A DNA stretch of 64,000 nt, taken from Mobula hypostoma (lineage: Eukaryota). The notes under the pieces are model-generated. The model did no database searches, was not told the DNA's origin, and saw only the letters and a list, made by a program, of their open reading frames with translations. The position numbers and the translations under genes were made by a program. Shown in pieces: positions 50,046 to 63,547 of the stretch (position 1 is the first letter of the stretch; the number at the start of each line of letters is the position of its first letter). The stretch covers positions 87,608,001-87,672,000 of the forward strand of contig NC_086097.1 of the NCBI RefSeq assembly GCF_963921235.1. Reading direction: 5' to 3'.

Positions 50046-53000
50046 AAAGGAAGTGTAAGTAAATTGTAATTGTCATGGAAGGGAGAAGATTTGTGTTAAC
50101 AAATTTGCTTGAGAAGCTGCAGCTACAAAGATTTTGAAAGTTCAGTTTTGGGGATATAGGGCAGGAATTTTAAGCCCTCAGAATAGGAGTGGGTTTGTGA
50201 GGGAATAGGTTTGTGAGAGGAATAGGTTTGTGTCAGATCAGATGTCATTTGAAAACAAAACCTTAGACCTCAGCCTGTATGATACCACTGTTCACTCCAC
50301 TGAACTCACCAGTCTTCACTTCCTTCTCCATGGTAAATTCTGATGAAAAGTATTTATATATTTAGGGGTTCCTTATTACTGACTGACAGAAGTACAGTTT
50401 CTGGTTCTAATAGAGGTTGAATGAGGCAAGGGACTAGCGTCTTTCCAGGAGGCAAATAGTTATCCATATTCAAGAGAAGGTGAAATATCTTCTGCTTTAA
50501 AATAAGTAACCCCAGCTTTGCCATGCAACTTGGAACCCTTCTATAACCCTCCAAAGACTGTATATCCTTTCTGAAATGAGATGCCCATATTTTGATCAGC
50601 AGATAGCTCAGCAATCAAAAAGAGGCTTGTGAAATTCACCATAGAAAAGCGATTATACTAAATTGCCACTGAATAGAGAATATAAGAGTATTTAATCATT
50701 GTCTGATGGAAATTCATTTCCGGTCAACATTTACTAATAACATTAGAACCAAATTGTGGATCTGGAATACTGTGATTAGAGTGCACTTTCAATGAAGGAC
50801 AAAACTCTAAGCTGCTTTGAGGTGTTCCAGATGAAATGCTTTTATTTCCGTACCGTTTTGATGACTCGCCTTTGCACCCCAAGGCTTAAGCAACCTTCTG
50901 TAGGTGTGCAAGAATAGTTGATGCTTTTTCACCTCTGTTCTTTATCTGATAATTTATCGGTCAACTATTACAAGTCCAGAGTGGGTGGTTAACGATAGTT
51001 CATTGCTTTGATAGAGAACTACGGAGTTTAGATTGTCTATGCTGATGTAGTGAATCTCAGTGGTCACCAGCTATGCTGGTGGTATCTAAGGCCCTGTTTG
51101 TTGGTGTTACTGCAAGTGTGGAGTCTACACCTATAGAAAAGAGGGGAAAGAGATAAAGAAAATATTTGAATATTCAATTATGCTTTCCTTTTGATTATGC
51201 CAATTTGCTATGATTTGACAAATTAAGATGTACTGAAAGATTGTTTCAAATGCTAGTTGAATTCACCTTTGAGTAGATCATTATTCGTATACATTTTAGT
51301 TCAGCTGTGTAAAAACAAAGGCATTTTGATTGGATGGGCTCCAAGTAATTGTGGGGACTTGCTGGTTTTTGTTTGCTATGTGTTTAAACAGCTGCTTGTC
51401 AAAGTCTGCCTGACCACAAATAGTAGAGGTAACAAGATGTTTGGAAGGCAGTTAAGTTTGCCAAAGGAGTTCTGTTAGGATAAGAATGTAAGAAATAGAA
51501 ACTGGAGTAGGCTATTTAGCCCTTCACACTTGCTGAACCATTCGGTAAGATTATGATTGGGCTTTGTAAATAAATCTAAGAGCGAGCTGAACCAAACCTG
51601 TTCAAAGACTTAAGAATGTAGGCCACTAGTTGATTTAAACTGAATTTAATTTAATTTGATTTAACCTTAATTTAAACTGAATTCTGACTTCCCCTGCAGT
51701 AGTCATATCCTAATTACAAAGAGTAAGGTCAAGAGGACATTTTTGTGCAACTATGAACAATCAAGTTTACTATCTTATTTTTGGGGAAAGAAATTGCCAA
51801 GTCTGTTGAAGATGCTTCTACTCATCTGCCACGGACCTTATAAACTGTCTCTATTCCTTGCCCTGTGTCTATCTTCACCTCCCTCCATGCCCCCCCATGC
51901 TTTGGGCAATACCCTACAACAACATTTCCCTTCATGCATTGTCTTGTTCCAAGTCATGCCTATCTACTCATTCTGCATGCACCATTTACTTCCACATGCC
52001 ACCTCTTTCCTCCTGTTTTCAGTAAGGTCATCATACTAGAATGGGAGCCAAATATATATTAATAATCCTTATCTTCTGCGCAGCAACAACTGACCACATC
52101 TTCAGAGGTTGATTTGCAATTCTTTGCAATAGCATTGGCTTCTATCAAAGGCAGAATGATTCATTCTGTTATGTAAGCATGGTCTGAATACAAATTTCAT
52201 TTTTGCCGCTTCCCTGGTTATATTAATGATTCTATGACTCTGAATCCTATTTTTCATCTTAAACTTTTATTTCCTTTACACAGGAAATCCTGAAACCTTA
52301 TAGAGTAGTGATTATTTTCACAGCCTGATTTCAAATAACAAGCTGTGAGGAAAATGTAAGAAACATTGATTTAGGCTTTTGTGCACTTTGGGTGGCGGAT
52401 GATACCTTAATTTGTAGCATAAGGATTTTTGCCAAGTGGCATGGACAGGATATCTCAGTTGCAAGCTTTGGATGTTCCATAAATACATGAATTTGTTGCA
52501 CTGCTGCAACTATATAGGACAGTCTTGTATCTCACCTGTGTTCTGTCTTATATTGATGATTTCTAATTCCTCCTGTTAGCAAAAGTAGTTTACCTAAAGG
52601 GCCAAAAAAAAACACTTTTGTGAAGTAATTATCACCTGACCTCCCAGTTCAGAAGGAATGCCAATACTGGTGCTGGAGACAGGGGATGCAAAGTTAAATG
52701 TGTAATGTGAGAACCTAAGAGATAAAGAGAAGGAAATTTTGTTCTTGAAATACTTCCTTTCATCAAAATTTTAATATTCTAGTTTATTTGCTGCTTTGTA
52801 TTATTATTTACTGATAGATCAGATTGATGTGGATAAACTAAGCTTTCTCTTTTTTGTGAGAAAAATTGGTTCTATTGTCACAAAATTGGAATATCATGTT
52901 TCACGCACTACTTTGCTTTTTGGATTAATTTAACTGCCCTGTGGATTTTTCAGGCTTTTCTTGGACCCTAGCTACTTCAGTAAACTTCTTTAAAAACATT

Positions 53001-53305
53001 TTTGTTTTGAGTTTTTTTTTTCATTTTTAAACTCACAACTTGCACATTCCAATCCTGGCTTAGTATATAAATAACTTCTAAAATTTAAATCAATGGTTTA
53101 CAAAAATGCATTTAGCTCTTGGATCAAGGTAGCTTACACAAGAGAAGAATGAAGATTTAAGCCATCAGCTTCTGATCCTGCCATAAACCCCATTTACTAG
53201 TGCATATTTGCATTTGTCATCCTGTGCCCATCTGCTGCTGCAATCATTATCCATGATGATACTAGCTCTAGGCTTCACTAAGTCACTCAGCCAGTATCCT
53301 TGATG

Positions 53306-55680
53306 TTCAGAGTGTATATATGCCACCACATAGAACCCTGAGATTCTTTTTCTGTGGGTGCACATAGCAAATCTATAGAACAGTAGCTGTAAACAGGATC
53401 AGTGGGCAACGAACTGTGCAAATGCAAATATAAATAAATAGCAATGAATCACGAGCATGAAATAACAAGATTAAAAGGTCCTTAAAGTGAAACCATTAGT
53501 TGTGGGAACACCAGAAGTAAAATGCACGTAGGTATCCCCTTTTGTTCAAGATCCTGATGGTTGAGGGCTTGTAACTATTGTTGAACTTGGTGGCTCTTGT
53601 ACCTTCTACCTGATGGCAGCAACAAGAAAAGAGCATGGCCTGGATGGTGAGGATCTTTGATGATGGATGCTGCTTTCCTATGTCAGTGTTTCATGTAGAT
53701 GTGCTCAATGATTGGGAGCATTTTACCTGTGATGTTCTGGGCCAAATCCACTACTTATTGTAGGATTTTTCACTCAAGGGCATTGGTGTTGCCATACCAG
53801 GCCATAATCAGCACACTTTCTTCCAAACATCTGTAGAACTTTGCTAAGGGTTTTGATGACATGTCAGATTTCCGCAGACTCCTGTGGAAGTAGATGCAAT
53901 GTTGTGCTTTCTTTGCAACTATATTACATGATGGGTCCAGGACAGGTCCTCTGAGATAGCGATACCCAGTAATTTAAAGTTACTGACCCTCTCCACCTCT
54001 GATCTTTCGATAATTTCTGGATGTATGTGCCACTGGGTGATTGATAGTCCTTGAGACAGGTTACCACACTCTTCTTGGGCACCGGTATGATTGGAGCCTG
54101 CCACTCACTCAGGTTGTTGCCACTCACCGCTGGAACGAAAGGTTGAAGATAACAGTGAATACACCAAACACGAGGAAATCTGCAGATGCTGGAATTTCAA
54201 GCAGCACACATAAAAGTTGCTGATGAACGCAGCAGGCCAGGCGGCATCTATTGGAAGAGGTACAGTTGACGTATCGGGCTGAGACCCTTCGTCCGGTGAA
54301 TACACCAGCTAGTTGGTCTGCTCAAGTATTCACTACTTGGCCAGGTACTCCATCTGGACCCGATGCTTTCCTTGCCTTCACTCTCTTGAAGGCAGTCCGC
54401 ACGTCATCATCCGATACTGAGACCAAAGGATCATTGGGAGGCATGCAGGTGTGTGATGGGTCTCTCTCTGAATTGGAGGTCAAAGCAAGCATACAAGGCA
54501 TTGAGCTCACCTGGAAGCGAAGCTCTGCTGTTTCCTATGTTGCAGGATTTAACTTTTGTAGGAGATTATGGCACAGCTATTGAGCACCCCTTGTTGATTC
54601 CAGTCTAGTCCAGAATCGCCACATCACCTGTGAGATAGCTTTCCAGAGATCATACCTCTTGTTGCATTCTTGATCTCCAGACTTGAATGTCTCTGATCTG
54701 GCTGTCAGCAAATTCTGGATTTCATTGTTCATCCAGGACTGCTGATTGGGGAAAACCCTGAATGATTTTGTGGGGACACATTCATTCACAATGGTTTTAA
54801 TAAGGTCTGTAACAACCCTGCTGTAGTCATTGAGGTCCTCAGATGAGGTCTTGACCTTGGCCCAGTCCACTGACTCAAGGCAATCCTGTAACCATTCATA
54901 GTTGTGTTTTAAGGTTCTGTCTGATCACAGGTAGTAGGAGTACAGCCAAGTGGTCTGACTTGCCAATATGTGGTCTCGGAAAGGAATGATAGACATTCCT
55001 TGTCGTAGTGTAGCAGTGGTCTAGTGTGTTGGGACCTTTGACACAACAGGTTACGTGCTGGTGATAATGAACAGTGTTTTCTTCAAATGGGCCTGGTTAA
55101 AGTTACTGACTATAATTTGAAGTGCATTAGGATGAGCTGTTTCTTGTCTACAGACAACCTCGTGCAGTTCCGTGAGTGCTTGCTTATAATTGGCCACTGG
55201 TGATGTACGAACTGTAGCCAGGATCATGGATGAGAACTCCTGATGCAAATAGAATGATCTACATTTAATTATTAGGGGTCAGGGGAACAAGAAATCGACA
55301 TAACCCCTATGTCTGAACACCAGCGGGAATTGACTAGAAAGCATTAGCTGCCACCTTTTTTCTTACCAGAGTTCAAGGTTCAATCCATTCTGAAAGTCAT
55401 AAAACTGCCCGGTTGTATCACTGCATCTGGAGTATTTGCCATTAACCAATCTTCCTGGCAACAAACAACTGATCTGCTTCATCTGCCTCTAATACTGCAT
55501 CTTGCTCTGAGATCGTCAGTATTATTCTCCAGCAACTGCAACAAGATGTAGGGTAGAGGAGGCCTCCTGCCACGTTTCTGGCGATGGCGTTGACCCTTAA
55601 AGGTGTCGCACTTGAAAGCTTCAGTGGAGCTCATGACTTCTGCTCTGTATCCGATTGCTGGTCGCGAGATTGAAGATCAC
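53306..55680 (-). mobile_element. Rex1/Babar LINE with endonuclease region, internal RT deletion and 3' UTR
   Basis: Minus ORFs [62 protein letters not shown] joined closely to VERVSNFKLLG. Confidence 0.88.
54167..54295 (-). mobile_element. 129-bp Penelope-derived mini-element with mutated hammerhead core
   Basis: Perfect 12-bp TSD GTGAATACACCA at 54155-54166 and 54296-54307; minus strand begins CGGACGAAGGGTCTCAGCCCGATACGTC. Confidence 0.85.
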
Positions 55681-58600
55681 TGGTGTAATCAAATAAATTC
55701 AGCTCACTGATATTACTGGCTAGTTTTCAAGTACATCAAGTATTTAATTGTCTGTAAAACATTTAAAACATTTTGTGACACCCGTAGGTCATGAAATGCA
55801 GCATATACTAATATAGCTACTTCTCTTCCCATTTCGGATGTGTTCTTAGAAAGAGGCATTCTTAAGGAAGCTCTGCTGAAAGGAGCGATGGCAGTATTGT
55901 ACTCGGATATGTTACCACTGCTTTGTTGGGAGCCTGTCACATATCCAACAATGAATTACACTGTTGCTTGATTTGGAGAGTTTGCCTGAGGGCATATATT
56001 GAGTGGATTATGCCAAGTAGTGAGCTAACTCAAGGGGAAGGGGGAAGGGAAAGATCAAGGTTGTACCCTGGCCAGCAAGGTGTGTGTGGATAATTGCAGG
56101 GGATTGGCAGCAGCTACTCCATGTGTTGCCAGTATTCCCTCATTGCCAAATACTGGATGTGATGGAAGCTGCTACCTTTTCATTGCTTTGTTTTGCTGCG
56201 CAACTGTCCCCAGATTATCCTGTGCTAACGGTCTCAATTGAGGAGGAGAGATGGCTGCTTCTACCACATTAAACAGGAGGTGATTCATTATCATAGGATC
56301 CAGGCAGTCTGTCAGTACATACAATAAACTTGCCTGATCTTTACGCCCACCATCCTGGCAGGGTGCAGTCCTGAGCTCCACATTTTAGCACTGAGCAGCT
56401 ACATCAGGTCATTCTAATCTGTTTGACACCAGACCCCGACGACAGACCCTCCTCACAGAGCTGTCAGGCATTCATTTGCTGGGGAGTGCCAGCGGAGGGC
56501 AGGGATTCAGCATTAGATTTCCAGCACTGCAGTTGACAAGGCAAAGCCCAATCAGGATATTTTATTCAATGTTCGGGTGTTTATATTTTTGAATGTTCAA
56601 ACCTAGAGGCCAAGAGCAGTATAACAATTCGGCCCTCAACAAGATTCCACTGTCAAAACTTCCTGTTTTTATTGTGTGCCATAGTTTCAACTGAGAAACA
56701 GTAAAAATAAGAGGGAGTGCGGATGGCCTTTAGGCAGTCCCTTGTCAGTGGCCTCTTAAATGTGATGAGTTTGAAATAAAAGCTTATTGGGTGTTTGTGT
56801 GAAGTAAGCTGATGAATGTGAACAGTATAATAATTACTCTGACCAGAGAAAGCTGAGCTTAATTGGTAATCTTCAATAATTCATTAAAAATGGTAAATAG
56901 CTGGAATATTGCTGACAGTCCTGCTGAAGATCTAGGTACCATGGTGATGTGTGTAATTACAATAATTTTTAACGGGTATGCTGGATATGGATATTTTCTG
57001 AGGGTCCAAGGCTTTGACCTTTTGCGGATGATGTCTGGAGCTGGGGGTCGGGGTGGGGGGGGGAGGTTTCTAGACATTGTGTATTGAATACAAAAGATTT
57101 TTATTATTTTAACGTGTTATGCGGAGGTTGGGGCACTGCTGCAAAACCTGTATTCATTTAACAAAGGAGCCACAGTGAAATTAGTTACGTACGATGGGAT
57201 CCTCAAAAATGTATAATAGCGGTACTATTCAGGGCAGTTGTTCATTAGTATTAGATGAAAAGTAGAGCAAACTTGTCTTTATATTACATTAAATCTAATT
57301 TAGCTGTTAGTTCTGTGTTTTGAACAAAAGCTTGGAGCTTTCTAATGAGGGATAAAGGTTTACTCTTAAAGAGCTGACAGGTATGTATGCACACAAGAGT
57401 AGCAGAAAATAAGAAATAGGTGCTGGAGTAGGCTATATGACCCTTGAGTCTCCTCTGTCTTTCATTAAGATCGAGGCTGTTCTGATCTTTGGCTTCATTG
57501 CCAGATCTCCCCACTGCTCTCTATTCTATTTCTATCCTTAAAAACATACTTTCTTGGCCTTTAAATGTAGCTAATACCAACATCTGCAGTTCTCTGAGGC
57601 AGAGTTTTCAAGATTTACAAGTAAATGCATGTTGGAGCATGAAGTTTGTTGGGCTGCCAGAGTGAGTGATGCCTGATGTAGAAGTGGAGCCAAAACAGTT
57701 GAAAGCTCTGGTACTGATGGAAAATAATCCACAACCAGAAATTGGCTGCAGCAGATATACAACATGTAAATCCTGTCACAGTTTTATTGACTAATCTGTA
57801 TCTCCAAAAAAATCAGTAACTGACTAGTATGCGGGCCTATTTTTTTTAATGCAGTTTGGAGGCTGGTAACCGGTTGAAATCGTCTGCTTGTGCGTTTTGA
57901 CATGTCACAAAAATACATTTCAGAATCTATAGCACAAAACTTTTTCAATTAATTCAGTGCATTAATTAAAGTAAGTATTGTCAAAAGTATAAGCTTAGAA
58001 TAAGCTTTAAAATTTTTTAATTGAATGCTGCTGCTTACTGTTGCTTGCATCTGCAGTGTTGGGCAGATTTGGATGTTTTCATGGTAGAAAATAAATTCAG
58101 TGTGTTGTCCTAAGATTTTTCGATCTTTCTGTTATGAAATTCATCTGTCAGTCTTGGCTGGTCTGAGTAGAATTTGAACAGATTTCATCTGGGTGTGGTA
58201 AAGGAACCAGGGGGTGTCTCATTCCATGAGAGAACTAAATCTTTGAAATCATATCCATTATCACACCTTTCACATGCAAACAATGCAGAGAAGTGATTTC
58301 ATCTAGATTGGATCATACTAGGGATTATTTCTAGATGGCATGGAGCCTGGCAACTTCTTAATACTCAGATGCAGATTAGTAATTTCAGCCCAATATCACT
58401 GTCTCTCATCTACACTGTTCTGTCAGATTGGAAGTAACCAATCACAGTTCCCATTGTTTCTTGCAGATTTGTTTTTTGAACTAACTTTGCACCAATTTCC
58501 CTTCACTTGTTCTGTAAGTAGTGCTATACAATTTTCCCGCAGGAAACTCTGACGCTAGTTTGTAATTTGGAGCATCATTCTGCTACTAAAAGAGGAAACA

Positions 58601-60142
58601 AAACATCAGCTGTGCTGAGTTCATGTTAGCATGGCTGACTGTTTCCCAGTGTTAGTCACTTTCCATCTATGCCCTCCTTTACACACGTAAGTTGGAGCTT
58701 TTGGATCCAACCTTCAATCTTGGCTGAACAATCAGAAAAAAGCTGGGAGTACATTAAAAGCGAGGTATTAATTGCAAAGTCTGAACAGTGACGCCAGTGC
58801 CTGGCATGCAGCACCTTGGCAGTCTCTTTTTGAAGTTCAAGAAAGTGGAAACTGCATCAGTGGTGGTCTCTTCACAGTCTGCAGAATTTGTGCAATTCAC
58901 ACATGGGCTACGTGCAAGGATCACAGTACCCTTGATAATCTCACACCTGGCAGTGATATGGCATTATCTGTGCCATCAGACACAACCGGGACAGGCCACC
59001 ACCTAAGGAGTGCTCAGATAAAGAGGATCACTGTGTCCTGTCTTTATTTCAAAGGCACACTGTTCTGTAGCTGTGCTTGGGCTGCTGTGGGAGAACTTTT
59101 GTTTAATTTCAAAGACAAGTTATGCATAAAAAGTACACGGAAAATAAATACTATGCACCCTTTACATTTGATTATGCCATCAAATCAATATATTTTGTTG
59201 GTGTACCATGACTGTCACTCGTGTTTCCTCTCCAAACAATACAGATCTGAAAGGCTGCCTCTTGGGGCCCAGGTCCTCCGTATCCAGTGGCAGCATGACT
59301 TTAGACTATTGTCCTTTCCACAAAGCCTTTGTGTTTGCTGCACCAATCTTCAACATGTACTTCAATTACTTAATGCTTTAAATCCCCTCTTAGTGATTGG
59401 CATAGTAATGACAAAGCAATATAGTCTCTGGGCGGGAAGTGGATGGGTCCTATTTCAATGCACATGTGCATGACATCATTGTGCCGATTCATTACCTTTT
59501 ATCTCTATTTCATAAATGATTGCAGCAATCTATTTAGGTTTTATTGCTATGTGTGCAGCAAGAGGGGGTGAAGTCCACTTTGCAGACCTGTGTTCTTTTT
59601 ATTGTCCTAGTCCTTGTTCCCAGCAGTCAGATTGCCTTTTTGGCTGAGATGTCTGTTAACAGAAAATAAGAAAGCAAACAAAAAAATCGTGGGTTCAAAG
59701 CCATGTCATCTTATCTCCTCAGTACTGGGGGAAAGCAATTGGCTTTCAGATAATTTATTTTTCTATCTAATTCTGACAATGATTATTATTATAAAACATT
59801 GCTGTGGAATAACTTGTGTTAAATGCTCTGCACTGAAGTGTGGTAAAACTTTGTGGTTTAAAAAAAACTAGTTTATGTCAAAGACAAGCTGTGGCATTAT
59901 ATATGTATAGGTGTCCCCCGCTTTTCGAACGTTCGCTTTACAAAACCTCACTGTTACGAAAGACCTACATTAGTACCTGTTTTTTGCTAACAGAAGGTAT
60001 TTTCACTGTTACGAAAAAAATCAGCGCACGATAAAAGGCAGCGCGCGTCCCTAGTAGCCGCTCTCCTCCGGATTCAGAACGGCATTCTCGCCAGCATTGC
60101 TTAAACAAGTGCCTGTGAGCAGCTGTTTGCAAGTTGAGTTCT

Positions 60143-60718
60143 ATGGTATCGGAAAAGCCTGAAAGAGCTCGTAAGGGTGTTACACTTAGCGTAAAACTAG
60201 AAATAATTAAGCGTTTTGATTGTGGTGAACGAAGTAAGGGCAAAGTGAGTTTGGCTTGTGGAAGCTGACGAACATGATGTTGAAAGGTTTTGGCATCACA
60301 TGACCAAGAACTGATAGATGAAGAGCTGATGCAATTGGAAGAGGAAAGGATAACAATCGAAACCGAATGCAGTAGCGAACTGAACATGAAGCAACTGCGT
60401 GAGATTTTCGCTGCAATGATAAAGTACGACTTTAATTTTGAAAGGGTACTTAGGTTTAGGCGATATTTGCAGGATGGTTTGAGTGCTTACAAAGAACTGT
60501 ATGATAGAAAAATGCGCGAAGCTCAGCAGTCAAGCAAGCCTTCCACATCAACCACAGCAGACGATGAACCTCGACCTTCGACATCGAGGCGGGCAGTCGT
60601 AGGAGAAGATGAGCTGCCTGCCCTAATGGAAACAGACGATGAGATGACACCCCAGTGTCCCACCACCCCAACCCCCAGGCCGCGGACAGATACCGATTCG
60701 CGGAGAATGCAGCGGTAG
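60143..60718 (+). pseudogene. Tigger-type transposase remnant (N- and C-terminal pieces fused)
   Basis: 60143-60268 MVSEKPERARKGVTLSVKLEIIKRFDCGE (HTH-psq-like); 60290-60718 ASHDQELIDEELMQLEEE...AYKELYDRK (Tigger1-like C-terminus). Confidence 0.75.
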
Positions 60719-60945
60719 CCGGGACGCATCCAGCACATCTTTAAGAAAAAAGCAGAAATAAACAAGCTAATTAATTAGGTGCCGCCCGACACGTAATTGT
60801 TGGCCCAGATCAGAGGCAACGCAATCGGCAATCGCCTCTGATCTGGGCCGACAATTATGTGCCGGGCTGCACCTAATTAATTAGCTTGTTTATTTCAGCT
60901 TTTTACTTAGAAGATGTGCTATGTGCCTTCCGGCTACTGCTGCAT
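60707..60945. repeat. Long imperfect palindrome inside the Tigger element
   Basis: Arms ~60707-60817 and 60834-60945, e.g. gaaataaacaagctaattaattaggtgc / gcacctaattaattagcttgtttatttc. Confidence 0.9.
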
Positions 60946-61904
60946 GCTTCACGGCAATATAGCAGTTGGCGGCCTGGAGGGTGGGGGCCATTGCACCACC
61001 CCAGCCTGTGACGACTCAGCCTAACACACCATCATCAGTGTGCTCGGCGTTGTCTTCCCGATTCCCGTAGGTGATACTACACTGTACATACATTATTTCT
61101 ACTTTTATATTAGCTGTGTATTTTGAACGTGTTATTTGATATGATTTGGTAGCCTCATAGCTTTAAGGTTACTGGAGAGAGTGTTTTGCCAACTGCGCTT
61201 GTGTGAGATTTTCTGCCGAGAGCGCTTGCGCCATGTTTTTGCTGACGGTGCTTGCGTGAGATTTTCGCTACGGAGAACAGTTCAGCAATGATTGTGGAAA
61301 AGTATTTCTACTTTATATAGGCTGTGTATTTATCATATCATTCCTGTTTTTACTATATGTTACTGTTATTTTAGGTTTTATGTGTTATTTGGCATGACTT
61401 GGTAGGTTATTTGGATCTGCGAACGCTCACAAAATTTTCCCATATAAATAAATGGTAATTGCTTCTTCGCTTTACGACATTCCGGCTTATGAACCGTTTC
61501 ATAGGAACGCTGTACCTTTGGATGGTTGGGGAAACCTGTATTCTGAATGTATTCTTGGGATGCTTCTAGTCAGGCTATATACAGCATTATTAACAAGAGA
61601 AGCCTGTGGACTTCTGACTTTCTGAATTGCAGATGTGTAATACCAGTTCCTGTGCCCCTGTCCTTTCATATTCTGTAAATAAACCCTTCTGACAGAATTC
61701 TGCACCAACCCTTCATTGTTCTTTTGGATATGCTTTTTGCTTTTTTTTAAACACTATAAATTTCTGGTACTGGTTTATATCCCAAAGCAATCTGTCCCAA
61801 TGTCAGAAGTGAATTATATAAGCAACCAGTCTTCTAATCCCACATTTTGATCCATGGTATGTCGGGCCACACCCTTTTCTTGTTTTTTATTCAAAATCTG
61901 GGCA

Positions 61905-63528
61905 AAACTGATGAGATGGAGGAGATCTTAAATAAATGTTTTGCATCTATATTTACTCAGGAGGTGGACATGGAGTGAGGCAAAGCGGCATCACAGGAGA
62001 GCAAATGTTTGGTGTCCTGTGGAAAATTAGGATGGTTAAATCCCCAGGGCATGACAAGGTGTTCCCTTGGACCCTGGGGGAGGCAAGTGCAAAAATCCTA
62101 GGCTTGAGCAGAGATTCTTATATCATCCTTAGCAACAGATGGATAGCTAATGTTGTTCCGCTGAATAAGAAAGACTGGAAGAATAAACCAGGAAGTTATA
62201 GGCCAGTGAGCTTGATGTCAGTAATGGGAAAGTTATTGGAAGGAACTGATAGATAAGTATTTGGATAGACATTGACTGATTAAGGATAGTCAGCATGCCT
62301 TCATGTGTGGTAGGTAATGTCTAACTAATTTTACTGAGTTTTTCGAGGAAGTTACCGGGAAAAGTGGGTGAATGCAAAGCCGTTGATGTTGTCTACATGG
62401 ATTTTAGCAAGGGATTTGACAAGGTTCAGTATGGGATATTGACAAGAAAGTTCAGTTGCTTGGCAGTCAAGATAAGGTAGTAAATTGGATTAGATATTGG
62501 TTTTGTCGGAGAAGCCAGGGAGTGGTAGTAGACGGTTGCACTTGACTAGTGGAGTGCCGCAGGGATCGATGCTGATCCATTGTTGTTTGTCAACAATCTG
62601 GATGATAGTGTGGTTAACTGGATCAGCAAATTTGTGGATGTCTTCAAGAATGGAGGTGCAGTGGACAGCAAGAAAGGCTATCATGGCTTGCAGCGCACTC
62701 TGGACCAGCTGTAAAATGGCAGATGGATTTTAAAGTAGACAAGTAAAAGGTGTAGCATTTTAGTAGGACTAACCTGGATAGGTCTTGCACAGTGAATGGT
62801 AGGTCACTGAGTGTGGTAGAATAAAGGGATCTGGGAACACAGATCCCTAATTCATTGAAAGTGGCATTACAGGTAGATTGGCTCGTAAAGAAAGCTTTTG
62901 GCACATTAGTCTTCATAAATCGTAATATTAAGTAGTGAGGTGTTATGTTGAAGTTGTATAAGACACTGGTGAGGCCTAATTTAGAATATTGTGTGCAGAT
63001 TTGGTCACCTACCTACAGGAAAGATGTAAATATGGTTGAAATAGTACAGAGAAAATTTACAAGGATGCTGGTGGACCTAGAGGACCTGAGTTATAAGGAA
63101 AGATTGAGTAGGTTGGGACTTTATTTCTTGGAATGTAGAAGATAGAGGAGGTTTGATACAGGTATGCAAAATTATAAGGGATATTCCTGTAGATGGGTAA
63201 ATGCAAGCAGGCTTTTCCCATACTGATTGGGTGGGACTACAACCAGAGGTCATGGCTTAAGGGTGAAAAGTTTTAGGAGAACATGCTGGGAAACTTCTTC
63301 ACTCAGTGGGTCGTGAGAGTATGGAACAACCTGCTACCACAAGTGGTGCATGCTGGCTCGATTTCAACATTTAAGGGAAGCTTGGATAGGTCCATGGATG
63401 GTAGGGATATGGAAGGTTATGGTTGCAATGCAGGTTTAATGGGAGTAGGCAGTTTAAATGATTCGGCATGGAGTGGGTGTGCCGAAGGGCTCGTTTGTGT
63501 GCTGTACTTTTCCGTGACTCTGACTCTG
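61905..63528 (+). mobile_element. CR1 LINE 3' ~1.6 kb (degenerate RT)
   Basis: KSPGHD...ANVVPLNKK...PGSYRPVSLMSVMGKLLE; TSGVPQGSML; LYKTLVRPNLEYCVQIWSP; FFTQWVVRVWN; tail gactctgactct. Confidence 0.95.
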
Positions 63529-63547
63529 AGATCTAACACTTATTACT

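Larger units (their letters stand above)
59908..61538 (+). mobile_element. Internally deleted Tigger/pogo DNA transposon (1631 bp)
   Basis: Ends TA|TAGGTGTCCCCCG... and ...GGGGAAACCTG|TA; remnants of the CENP-B-type N-terminus and acidic C-terminus; no DDD domain seen. Confidence 0.85.

Noticed and set aside
50190..50232. Short tandem repeat ggtttgtga(g)ggaata, about 2.5 copies
   Set aside because: Ordinary slippage minisatellite with no further structure.
58772..59473. Longest non-transposon ORF (233 aa)
   Set aside because: Non-ATG start, no recognisable domain, composition like translated non-coding DNA and no convincing splice sites; probably a chance ORF, though a homology search was not possible.
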